This document shows positions 11,804 through 24,232 of a DNA stretch of 64,000 nucleotides, one piece after another (positions within the stretch are counted from its first letter, which is position 1; each line of letters starts with the position of its first letter). Where the stretch lies: positions 124,001-188,000 of the forward strand of contig RSEE01000113.1 of NCBI GenBank assembly GCA_003971905.1, in the 5' to 3' direction. The DNA comes from Moniliella sp. 'wahieum' (taxonomy: Eukaryota). The notes under the pieces were generated by a model that worked only from the letters and a program-made list of their open reading frames with translations, made no database searches and was not told the origin of the DNA. Position numbers and translations under genes: made by a program.

Positions 11804-14800
11804 TCATCCAGCGCCCCGAGTCTTACTCGTCCTCTTCTGCTTCAAATCAGCGTAGTGCCGCGCCTCGAAGGGGGTCCCGAGCACCTGCGACGCGTACGCG
11901 CACACCAGCCCGGCCGCCCCTACCCAACCAGAAGGGTGAGGTGAGTAGCAGTGAGAGACAGTGCCGCCGCCACGTACCGCGGTCCCCACACCGTGGCCAG
12001 CATCAGGTCATCCCGCATCAGTCCCACCCACACTGCCGCTGCCACGCAGCGAGGACGCGGTACCAGCGTAGCCCAGCGCTGCGCGCACCAGGTACGGGAT
12101 CGTGGGCATCGGGTCGTCCACCTCGGTCCCTGGCTCCTTCTTGGCTTCGCTCGTGGCCATCCCACGGGGGCGGGGAGTGTGGCGCCAGAGGACGAGCAGA
12201 GGAACAGCAAGCACAACCAGTACGCTTGGCCCCAGCGTGTTGACGGCAAGCAAGATGGGTGCAAAGGGATAGGTCAGGTGGCGGAAACCAACCAAGGCTG
12301 TAGCCCATTGGATGCTTGGCATGGTCGCCTGGTGGCCTGTACTAAAGAAGGCAACGTGGGAGAGGAAGGAAATGAGGGTAACGAGAACAAGGGGCGAGGC
12401 GACCTCCAGTTTGCCCCACTCATTAAACATCCGCACCCCCGCACCAGCCCCCTCGCCAAACAAAGCACAACCGAAATCAATAACCCCAGCGCCACCTGCC
12501 CCATGGGCTGAGCCAGGAGAAAAACGAAAGATGCAAGGAAGAGAGCATAAGGAGAAGGTAGTGTACTCCAAGCAGGTTGCGTAGACCTGTCAGAACGGGG
12601 CGTTGCACCCGGCTCCGATGGCGCCCGCTATTTTCAGCTCCAGCGGAAGAGGCGACAGAGAGGACCAAGGCAGAGAAAGGAGTGTAGCACCAATATCCAA
12701 GAGGGCAAGAGGACGTTTCAACCAGTGGACCATGCAGCCAATTTTGACGGCGTAATCCCGTCACCCCAGCGGACAAGTTGTCGAGGACCCAATACGCCGC
12801 ACCAACCACCAAGGCGGAACGGAGAAGCCACTTGATAGAGTGGATCGTGTATCTGACTCAGTCACGCGCGGCTAGGCGAACCATAGCTGGCACCAGCCAA
12901 TATGCCACGGCCAGCGCCAACATCGAAGCCCAAAACTGTTGGTCGAGGAGAAGCCATGGGGAGAAGGGCGTTGTCTCATTCCCTTCACGAGTCGAGTGTA
13001 AAGTAGCGGGCGAAAAACGGTGGTCTTGCAATAAGGACCCTGCTCCGCCCGGCACACACGGATCCCCAGCAAAAGCGCGTGAGCACATCCCCAACAAGCC
13101 CAGAGCACCCGTACGAAGAAGATCCTTCTGTGTCGTGGCCCTTCGCACTGCTGAGCTAGAGATGAGGCTCGAACCGAAGGCGGGCGCCAGCAACAAAAGA
13201 AGGCAAAGGAGGAGTGAAGAAGGGGTGAATGTCACATGTCCTCCCACGCAATGAAGTTTTGCTCCCTAAGAAAGTCCATGTATCAGAACAAGGGCCGGGG
13301 ATGATCGTTCCCCGGTGCAGGGATAAGGCACGAATTGACTTTGGGCTTGCCAGGAGAATAAGGTGGCCACAATGAGTTGGCCACAGAAAATGAAGCCCAA
13401 AACTGAACGTGTCCGAACCGCGGGGAAAAGCTCCAGAACCGAAACCTCATTGATGTGTCCCATCACACCCCATCAAGCCCAGCAACGGGCCAGAGAGGAT
13501 GAAGCTCAACGCAGCTGCTTGTCCAAGAACGCGCGTTGCAGCCCGCAGCCCAGCAACAGGACGAGGCTTGGCCCCAATCGCGGAACGCAAACGGAAGGCA
13601 GAAAGCATTCCCAACACAATACAAGGCCCGCACCCATGGCCTCAAGGTGAATGTGAGTCCAGGAGTCCTTGGCCCGTGTAAGAACGAGACGAGTATAGGC
13701 AAAGTAGGCTTGCTCGGCCGTAGCGTCAGAGCGGGTCGGAGCGGACTCGAAGCTGGTAGCGCCGCCAGAGCCCAATCAGCTCGGGCAGCGCGTGCCCATG
13801 CCGCTTGCAGCTCACGAATAAACCCATTGAAATCCCCTGCCTTTCCCACATAGCTTTCAAGGTAGGTGTGAACCTGCAAAGCGTTGATCCGGAGCGCCCT
13901 CAGAAGGTCCTCCCCAAAAAGCTCTGGAATGACCGTACCAAGGGAGCTGAACGGGATAGGCAGCCCATTTAGCAATGCAAAAGTGGGAACAAGGTCGACT
14001 TGCTGGATGCTGTGGCGAAACTCATCTGGCCCCAGAGGACGCACCTGACCCAAGGCTTCGAAAGTGCTGCGGGCCCTATCATCCGGCTGGAGATCATTGG
14101 GGAAAGAGAAGTCATCGGGCACCAAATTGTTGCGAGTTGTCGAGAACACGTACGACCCTTGTGGCCTGCCAGTAAATGAAGCGCCAGTCTCGCTGGCCGC
14201 AATGCTGCATGAGGTCCCCTCCGCACAAGCCAAGAAAACAAAGTAGTCCTCCCCCACAGCAGTGAGGTTCTTGGCCGTAGCGACAAACTTGCCTGGACCG
14301 AAGTGGTGACCACGCGTGGAGGATCCGAATGAGACACGCGTTTTCTCATCGGGCAAGACGATGTAGTGCAGTCCCTCCCCATTGGGTAGAGGGGAAGTGA
14401 GAGGACGCTTAGAATAGGCAAAGAAGGCGGCAGCCTTTTCAACGTTTTCATCTACGCTCTCAAGCACCTTGGCATCCATGTCACGGTCCCCCACAACGAA
14501 CAGAAGAGCGTCTTCTGGCAAGTGGGTAGCAACAAAGCGAAGTTGCTCATCAACCTGTTCCAGCTGACGACTCATCTCTGCATGGTCAAGACTGTCGCCC
14601 GAGTGATTGAGACCCCCTCATGTGCAACAAGAAGGGACCAATTCCCCGCCTCAGCTTTGGGAGTAGTGGTGGGATCCAACAAGGCGCGAAGATGCGACTC
14701 GACACCTTGGTCGGCTGAGGCAGGGCCTTGAATCTTGTGGTAGGGCCAGGTCCAGGCCTTGTCAAACGAATTAGGGTACAGATTGAGCCAAGTATCGTCA

Positions 14801-15574
14801 CCGATGAAGGCCAAACCAGCGGGTTCCCTGTCGCACGCAAGGACTCGTGTACGCAGCTGAGCCAGCAAGTTGTCCTCCTCAATCTTGGTCGCGCCAAAGT
14901 GGGAGCCGGTATGGATAAATGCGGGAAGCACGCCCGTCATCAGAGACTTGAGCCGTTGAATTGTGGGTGTGGACGGTTCGGAATCAAACTGGGCCAGCAG
15001 TGTATGGCCCGGGTGGTCCGACTGCAAAGCAGGAATCGTGTTAAATGCGCCCATCACGTCCGGCGTGAACTCGGCATCGCTCCCTTTGTCAGGAGCCAAG
15101 CGTGGCGGGTAGACTAACTCGGAGTGAAGACCATCGACCACAAATAACAACGAGCGGTCAAAGCGGCGGGGGAGGGTGCACTCGCCGTGCGCCTTCAAAA
15201 CATTCGACCAATTGGAGGGAGTAGCTTCACCCTCTGCCACAAGCGCGGCAAGGGTGGTATCAATGTTGGCAGCAGCCTCAAAGAGGCAGGGCAGTGTGTG
15301 CTGTCAGATAGCTCGGTGCGAGTGATGAGGAAGCCCCGGGTGAAGAGCAGAAGACCAGCAATCTGAGTGATGGCGACAAAGCCTAACAGAGCCAATGCGC
15401 GCCACAGCAAGGCACCAACGATGGCGGGCGGATAGAATCGTTGTCATGTGCGTCACCGCTAGCACTGGAACCGGCATTGGTTTTTGACTTTTTCGACTGA
15501 TCCTTCGAGGCAGACTTGGTCTGTGGCGAATATGCCTCCGGTGCCGTACGGCGTCGCTGCCGCAGGCTGCTCAT
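11804..15574 (-). CDS. GPI13: GPI ethanolamine-phosphate transferase GPI13/PIG-O-like protein with degenerate active-site motifs
   Basis: GLLLFTRGFL, TIQRLKSLMTG, EDNLL, FIGDDTW, QVDLVPT..GLPIPFSSLG, FFSTGHQATMPSIQW and many TM segments. Many indels; 3' end approximate. Confidence 0.85.
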
Positions 15575-16513
15575 CAACCGGCCGAGAAGATAGGAAAGCG
15601 GGGAGGGGAGGGAGACGGAAGGTGGTCGGAAGTGTTTCTGCGGCATGTCCACAGCATCCCTGAGTTCTGACGAATCTGACGCGCAGGCGGAATTCAAACT
15701 GGGGAGATTAATGTTCAGAACCAGGAGGATGTCATGTGATTGATTGATTTCGATGGTTGTAATCACCGGTGCACACGTAATAGCACGCAAAACACCACTC
15801 AGTGTAAGGGTCAGGCGATACGAGGGAGGCCAAACGCACCAAGGGAAGGAAAGGATGCACTGGTAGGGGAAAGAAGAACAGGAGCGGCGAGGAACAGTGA
15901 GAATATTTACCTCAATAGCTAAGAGGACCGTGACACTCAGGACCACCACAACGAACACAGTCCACGTATGTGGCAAAAGCTACTATAGATGACAACGATT
16001 TGGCCCATGTAACCATGCCTGGTGCGCAACATATCAACGCATAGAGACGTAAGCAGGCTGCATATTCGTCAATACGGTAGCAAGAGATCATACAGTTGGT
16101 ATCGCATATGCCGTTTTTGGAGAAGCGCGGCGGCTTTTAAGAATGAAAAATATGGTGTGTATGAGAAGACGAGAGGGATATTAATTTTGATATCACACAA
16201 GTAGATCGCCCAATGTGCATTTGGGAAAAGGCGACGCGACTTTAGTAGGAGCAGGTTGGAAATGGCTCGCTCCTCTCTTCATAGTTATCTCATCAATGTT
16301 CGTCTCTCTCTCCGTCCCTGTCCACACCGAAGACGATCTATATATGGCATGCAATATATATCAACCGCGTGCTAGAGAGTGGCAGGTTTTGAACGTGAGC
16401 CACCGCTAGAGCATACTTTCGCGTGCCGGTGGTCCATCGAGTTCATTGGCAACATCAGCGTTATTGATGTTTGACATAACGGGAAGTTAGCCAGATGTAG
16501 GGGATGTATTGTG

Positions 16514-16656
16514 CATCTCTACTCTGCATCCGTATCATTGACAGCCCTTAAGGCTGGGACAGGGGAAACGCTACGTCTAAAACGAACCGTTCATCTTGCG
16601 GGGGTGACTTGAAAGCGTCACCAAGGGTAAGGAACCAGGGGGATCGTCAGGATATC
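16514..16656 (+). repeat. ~143-bp repeat, copy 1 (inverted relative to 20625-20768)
   Basis: Manual alignment with the reverse complement of 20625-20768. Shared blocks AAGGCTGGGACAGGGG, AACGCTACGTCTAAA, AACCGTTCATCTTGCGGGGGT, AAGGAACCAGGGGGATCG, CAGGATATC. Confidence 0.9.
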
Positions 16657-19600
16657 AGGACCTGCTGGTTCTGGCCATCCGGTCCGTCCCCTAGGTAGCG
16701 CGTGTGGACACGGAGATGAACATGGTTGACATCCGAGCGAGAGGAACCATTTCCATTGAGACTGAGTAGTCCTTCCAATGCGCAAACATCTTGCCCGCTG
16801 TCTTGGTGCCGTAGTATCCTCGCGTCGCCAAAAAATAAGAGGAGGAGTTGCCTGTACTGGATTGTTCAATTGGCTTTTGGAGAGTAGGGGGAGACGCGAA
16901 TGGACCGTGGGGGAAAGCCACGAACCATTGCTAACCGACAGGGACTAAATGGGAATCAAGGCAACAGTGGAAGATCGGAGAACAGTGGAAAACAGGGAAG
17001 ACACAGGGAAGACAGCTGCTGCACGGACAGCCTAGAAAGGTAAGGTAAGCAGGCATGTGGCGACTAATGTCGCAAAGGGGTTGCCACAAGCGCAACGCAG
17101 AGAAGTCACAGGTAAACGGGCACAGGGCGACTAGCGTCGCAAGGACAATGGAAACGGGGGGAACCACGAAACTGGGGTTCTCAAATCACTGGGGCGAAAG
17201 GCGACGATTGTCGCTCGGATACGTAGACTGATAATCGCGCTTACGGTTGAGCCAGCCGTTATGGAACTAAATTGAATCTGAGGGCGCACTCTATCATCAT
17301 AATTGGAATTGGGCTTTCAGGCGTCGCCACGCCTTGTGGCGACCGGCGCTCCCACCCCCCATCCTTCTTATGCGTGTCCGCGCGCATCTCCTGGGTCTCC
17401 TCCCTCTCCGAGGGGTAGCAGGAACATCGAGAAAGATGGAATAGAGCAACAGAAATTGGCGTCGCAGACGAAGATTCTGAAAAAAATTCCGTCTTGTGCT
17501 GTTGAAAACCGTCGCGAATGTCCAGCGGTCTTGAATGGTCGAGGGTTGGACCTCACTTGGAAACGAGGCGCTGGGCTCGAAACCGGTTGGCCATCAGGCC
17601 AGGCTCGAGTCGTCCATCGGGGAAGGAAATGGGAATGAGGGATGTCAAACCTGGAACAGGAACTGGGAGCAGCCGGGTGGACGCGAGCGTCTTGAACTGT
17701 ACGCCGACTGGTTCTGGTTGATGTGCGGGCGGTGGTGATGGAAAACAACCAATCCGCGAGCGCGCTATTGGACGCGACCCAGAAACAAAAAACCAAAGAA
17801 CCGAGGACAAGGTTTCAAGGCCGTTCGAATTTGAAAAGCGGCGACGAGGGCAAGAAGCTGGCCAAGCATCAGAATCATCGGAAGCCGGGGTAACCATCGG
17901 GGATGCAACGATTGGGGAAAGGCCATCCAGGGCGTCGTCGCAACGGAGTGGGAAACGGGAAACGGAAAGAAAACACCTTGGCATCGGGAACAGAAAACGG
18001 TGGATGCGCTATCGCCTATACGCCACTGCCCTATACGCTTCAGCGCTTCAGCATCCATGTTGCGGTCTGCAGGGCCGGGTGGATTAGAGCGTCGCTACAG
18101 GACACCGGCTTTCTATACCCTGAAGATGAGGCGCTCTGAGGTCGCGGGGGCACATTTGTGGTTTAACATCACTTAACGCTGTTATGTCTCTCGGTATCCA
18201 ATCTCCATCATGATCGATCTCGATTGATCGATTAAATGTTACAGGACATCGATTAACGTTTAGCAGCTGTTAAAGGACATGCGTTTTAGGGACATACGTA
18301 TTCTGCTCTTTCACACGGGCGGGGCCTGTGAGTCGCTAGATATGCCTTCTCTGGTGTACGTTGGTGTTCCCCTGTGTTCCTCCGTTGTCCGCGGATCGAA
18401 AAGTTCAAAACCTTCAATACCACAGCTTCTGCATATGTAGTTTTTGCGGAGGTGCTGTGAACAACTCGAAGACCCACTTAGAACGTGAGCGCGCTGAGCG
18501 GCTGAGCAATGGTGATCGACAGAGCTAACCTCGCGATATATGGATCTTCCTAGAGGAGCTGGAGGAGGCCCCAGCTCCTCAGATCAGCGAGATCAACATC
18601 AGCTTTCGACCAGCCGCAGTCTCCGGCCTCAGGCCTCAGGCCTCACGCATCCCGCTCACGCCGTCACGCATCACGCGTCACGAAAGCCGCTCGGTGAATA
18701 TCATCACCCTGAAACACGGAGGCGTACCCTGGGGACCCTACAGCGTACGCCGTAACGCGCCCGACGCGTATTAAGTAGAACGCGTACAGTAGCGATTTAG
18801 GGCGTTTTATATAGACCTTCTTAAGGCCATGGCAGCTCGTTCGGACTTTGGGTCCCGGATTTCCGCCGGAATCCGGCCACACCAGTATTCTGACCAATGC
18901 CGGTCTGGGGTCTCCCTAACGGGGCGGGTGAGACCCCCCAGTATATGACCGGATGGCCGGTGACCGGTTGCCCCGATGACCCTCCGCAGTGAATACAAAC
19001 GGTCTTATTGAACACAGCATTAGCGCTTAGGGAACTCAAGTTACGCCTTACGAGTTACTAGTTCCTAGCTACCGGTTACCGAACCTCAGTACCCTCACTG
19101 GCCTCATCAGTACTGAGAGCCTCAGTGCTCAGTCTGAGAGCAGACCTCCTCAACCTTCACACAATGCTTCACACCTCGGACTGGTCAGATCCAGACGTCT
19201 CCGACTTCACTGGCTCGCGATGCGAAGCTAGAGACTGATGTCAATGAAATCGATGGCGGCAGTGGGGACCGAGTGGCAAGTTATCCTGGCATCAATCAGG
19301 CCTAGGCCTCAGGCCTAGGCCTCAGGCCACGCCCCGACGTTAGGCATTATGGCATTCATTTTGTTTCGCTTTCTTATTGAAGCTTGAAGCTTGGATAGTG
19401 TTTTGGGCTGCAAGTGGGAGGCAAGGCAGTATGCATGTTGCGTGTAAAAGCGGCAAAATATGCGGCGCCAACACAGCTTGAGACCTGATGGATCCGATGC
19501 CCTCTGTTGGTGGTTGCCGGTTATAACTATGGGTGTCTCGAGTTATATACTCTTCACAGCATTGCCTTCTCGGCATTGCATAAAACGGCAACCACATTAA

Positions 19601-20624
19601 TCAGGCCGGGCTCTCCCCCGACTAACCACTAATCCTATACTTCTGTTCTTGCACGTGAATTTTAGAACAAATATATAGCAACCCCCCTGTCCAACTCTCG
19701 GCGCTGAGTCTCAGCGCTCAGCGGCTCAGCCTGAGCTGTGCAGCGGGTTCCATGCTACATTTTCATCATGAAATGCACCTCGTCCCAAACAGGTTGGCGT
19801 CGGTATAATTTCCGTCGTCCACATGCCGACATGCATCTCTTACACACTATAGTTCATATATCATACCAGACACTCACCTACCCTTATCCACGTGAATATT
19901 GAGTCCTGCAGAGGCATATGGGCATGATGCATGAAGTGCATGGGGCCAGGCCTGATGAATGATTACTGATCGCCGATGATCGATGATTAAAGCTTAAAGA
20001 GTCAATAGATCGGAGAGAGCATTTTATACGTTGAGAATGCATACGCGGAGAGAGTAAAAAAGGCCCGCGTCCAACGGCTTATAACGCACCGTAAAATCGG
20101 GTAATACTTGCTATGATACAGACAAGTAGCGTACCAACACGCGCACAGAGACTCACCGTTACTTGTTATACTGTGTGCTCAGATTGTTAACCCCCCGAGA
20201 GGGTGTGCCTTGTGTTGTTGTGGTCGGGTCCAGATTGCTTTCACGCCCTCCCTCAGATGTCAGATCTCACGTCTCACATCTCAGATCCCACGCCCGTGCA
20301 CACATATCACATGCCATATTTCTCAGGTCTCTCACGATCTCAGTGTATATTTTCTTGCAGCCGTGCCTGGGCTGCCGCAGTCTGCAGCAAAGGCAATTTT
20401 AACGAGGAGACCACCGGGCCTATGGCCCGGTCAGCTGGGGCTTCGCCGCCAGCTTGGTATTGCGTCGCCACCTTAGCCGCCGTTATTCCCCCGTCACGCG
20501 TCACCACCATAGAAACAATATCACACCGAAACGTGCTGGCGGCTGCGGGTGGGCTGGAACGTGGTACGCGTCAGCTCATGTAAAAGCGTGCAGGCGCGCG
20601 TTTGGGATTTTAACATAGAGTAGA

Positions 20625-20768
20625 GATATCCTGGCGATCCCCCTGGTTCCTTGACCCTGGTGGCGCCCCTAAGTAACCCCCGCAAGATGAACGGTTAGGT
20701 TTAGACGTAGCGTTCCCCTGTCCCAGCCTTCTTAAGTCTGCCAATGAAATGGACGTTGAGTAGAGATG
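20625..20768 (-). repeat. ~143-bp repeat, copy 2
   Basis: Reverse complement aligns to 16514-16656 at roughly 85% identity, estimated by eye. Confidence 0.9.
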
Positions 20769-23700
20769 TGAGTCGCACCTATGCCCCCCTGCACATAAAC
20801 AGAACCTGTCTTGGCTTTTTCGTCCAGGAAGTTGGTATAACCCAGGCAAAACGTTTATAGATCGATCGAGGCAGATTTCTTCGATATCTCATCGGAGGTG
20901 TTCCGCGTTCCGGGTCCCGATTTCGCCGGCTTCACCTGCTATAATAGAACGTCAGAAGCCGAGCATCGCGGCTACTGGACGCTGAACGTGAAATTGGTGA
21001 AAGCTCAATATCAATGTAGAATGTTGCTTATTTGGGACGTGGAATCCGCAATGGTTAATAGGAAGGGAAGGACAGTTCTGATCTCCGTAAGTATAGGCTT
21101 TGAAGATTTTGTCCCCCCCCACATATCCCACGTGAGATGTGATAGAAATGCGGATCTACAGGTGACATATGTGACGGAGGCTGATATGTGGCCATTTCGC
21201 TGTGTGACGCGGGACGCATGACGCATGAGCGCGTCAGAGGTGTCGTATCGGATGCTGCGGCGGTCCACTGGGACGTCCACATCTCACTGTTTTTATGTGG
21301 TGACCCGGTGACGGTCTCCCGCTCAGCGCTCACCATGAGCACTCTAAATCCGTCGCAGCGTGTGAAGGTGTGAACACCGAACTCGTACTACTAGGTGCTA
21401 CGCCTGCCCCATATTGAATCCTTCCTCGTCTGGTCAAGATGGAAGACGCCGGTGGCGCGTGGTGCCAGCAGGGTGCCTCATCCTGCCCCACACAAGAACC
21501 CCGTCTCTCATCGAGGTGGATTAATGATTGTCAAGTTCTGGGCTAAAAAAGGGCTCGTTACATGGCTTGGATCGTCGTAGGCATGCGGGTATATGAGTCG
21601 GCATGAGGCCTGTGGGCCTGGGGCCACCTGAGGCCTGAATGGATCGAAGAATCTTAAAGCTTAAATGGAGAGAGCACTATACGTTGCATGCGATGATGGA
21701 GACTGCGGCGGGGGCAGGGAGATGGTGGAGGGAGGGTCGATTGATCGGAGTCCTGACGTCAGTCCATCCCGCCGTTAGTCCTATAACTTACCGCTTTACC
21801 GCACACGACGGGGACGTAACTAACAAGAATTTGGATGTGCAATGTCCCATTCACCTTTAGCTTCTCTCTTCTAGCTTCTACCCATATAGAGAAACCCTTT
21901 TAGTTGCATCAAAGAGGATGTGGCAGGGAGAAAAAAGGCCCCGCTTTAGAGGATGTGACAAGGAGAAGGCCCCACTTTCACTTCGCCACACTCCTTTTGG
22001 TAAGGCCGGTAATGCTTAAAGGGCCTCATTTCGTCACATCTCTCTTCCTGGTAGACAAAAAGCTATGTCACATGTGACATGCCACAGCAGTGGTCATATA
22101 CTGTCACATACGCAACACATCACACACAGTGTCAATAAACGTCGTTTCCCCTCGAAGTTAATATTCTGCGGGTTTGAGAGGAGGACAAAACTGTTCGCGA
22201 CGGATCCTCGAAGAAAGAATAGGACGCGAATGCCAAGCCTGAGGCTGAGGACATCGATCGTCCTGGTTCCCCACTGACGCGTGACGTCCTAAAGTCTAAG
22301 AGAAGTTCTGACACAGAAAGGAGACAAAAAGGGGGTGTGAGCCCTATCGTCTAACTCAGACCGAGGAAGGAAGCAAAAGCCAAGTGGCACGTACACTTAG
22401 TACTCAAAGTGAAATATACTGTGGCATGGCTTTTCCCATTTTGAAGATCAGTGGAACTTGGCAGGCGGCTGGCCCTCTAAGATGTGACCTCTGTGATTGT
22501 GGCCTGAAGAGATCTGAGATCTAACCCTTGTCAACACACAGTCTGTCTGCATTCCATACTAGTAGCGAACAGCCGTTATCATCTTCTTATCTTTCTTCTG
22601 CCAGTAAGAGCGTTTCGCCAGCGGTCGATAATGCATCCTGTGGTGCATATGGTGTTCCAGTACAACTGTTGGTCAGCTCGTAGTGTTGGCGGTGTGTGTA
22701 AACCACATCGACAACGCGCCAACTTTCACGTTTATTATAGTACACAACGGATAATCGATAACCGATAATTTCGTCGATATGGGTCGATATGGGTGAGCAT
22801 GTGATGGTATGCCACACTGTCCCATGTGCATGAGATCCCATGAGACACGAGTACGAGTATTGAGTGCGTGAGAGATGAGAGATGGTCAATGGGAGTGAGA
22901 GATGAGATCATGCACATGAGAGATGAGATCGATGACCGAGATCCAAGTCGAGGAAAGTTAGCCACCAGCGAGAAAGAAGCGCAGGCAAAAATGTCAATCA
23001 CAATTCCCATTATAATACGCTTTAGCCCTTAGCTTAGCGCTTAACGACCATGTAACTAGTGCAACTAACCATCTTCGTTGTCCATACTGTGGTGCATGAT
23101 GCATGAAGGAAGAGACCGGTGCATGACTGCGTGAATGTGTGCCCTCCGAGCCGAATAGCGGACTTGTACTTAGTACGTATTGGGGATTTTATAACGCCAA
23201 TGCAGTCTGAGCTCAGCCTGAGGCTCCTGAGGGTCTGAGGATCTGAGGGCCTGTCCTGCTGGTGCGCTGATGAGCGCTGGCGCTGAGCCTTTGCGCTGAG
23301 CTTGAGTCCGAACCCTGGAAGCTGGGCAACTGAAATTTAAAGAGGCGCTTAGATCTGAAAAGGAGCACGGAGCGTTGTTGTGTGTGTGTCTTGTAATCCG
23401 ATTTGTCACCGAGAGCGAGAGAACGGTGCGCCACACAGACGCGTCAGATGTGTTGGATCTGTCTTGCTTTTGTGTGGTGTTTTACCTGTTTCGGACATGT
23501 CTGGATCTGTTGAATTAAATTTGAAAGGCTTGGGCGTGGGCGTTTTGAACAAGAGCCCCTGATTAATGATGTAACTGGTGGCATGACCCAGCCAGATCAG
23601 CCTGATCCATCAGTGCATGATCATGCGGCCCAAGGGCCCTAGGGCATCGAGCATCATGCATCATGATGAACTCAACGTTGCGCTGTGGGAGCATTGAGTG

Positions 23701-24187
23701 TATTAGGCGCAAAAAAGGGGAGCAGAAAATGCGATAGACCCATCGGCGATCGCTGCCTTAGCATATGCGCCTCATATGAGCATGATCACTCGATCATGAT
23801 GCATGAGAGGAGGCGAGAGGCTGCTTACTGCATGGGATACACCCTGTGGCCGTGAAGGCGAGGCCTCAGCCTGAGGGGCACTTCAATTAGGAAAGTAGTT
23901 CACTGTGGCTCAGGCGCTCAGGCCTGAGATAGCGCCCACCCCATCTCTGCCCATCGAGTAGTGACCAGTGAGTTACTAGTGAGCTAGTGATCGAATATGG
24001 ATGGAATCGATGCGGTTGCTCGATGTAGCAATTTTGGTCGCATCGTTCCTGGTCGGGGCACGTGAATGTGTGACGCAGGATGCGTGAGCGATGCCCAGGC
24101 TGAGCCTCGTGGGGGGCGTCTCGGCCTGAAATTGAACGCCTGAACCGAACTGAAGCGTTGATCTGTAGCCTCAGGATCGATGATCGC

Positions 24188-24232
24188 TGATGCGCTGATG
24201 CACTGATGCACTGATGCACTGATGCACTGATG
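24188..24232. repeat. Tandem repeat (CTGATGCA)n, about 5.5 copies
   Basis: ctgatgcg ctgatgca ctgatgca ctgatgca ctgatgca ctgatg. Confidence 0.9.

Noticed and set aside
17059..17214. CRISPR array interpretation of the spaced palindromes
   Set aside because: Only three ~15-bp units with variable cores, eukaryotic context and no cas genes
18991..19008. RNase P/MRP CR-V-like ATACAAACGGTCTTAT
   Set aside because: No convincing upstream P4 partner strand found
20899..20911. 13-mer TGTTCCGCGTTCC shared with 32185-32197 as a second LTR start
   Set aside because: No extended similarity, matching CA end or TSD found; 13-bp matches are expected by chance in 64 kb
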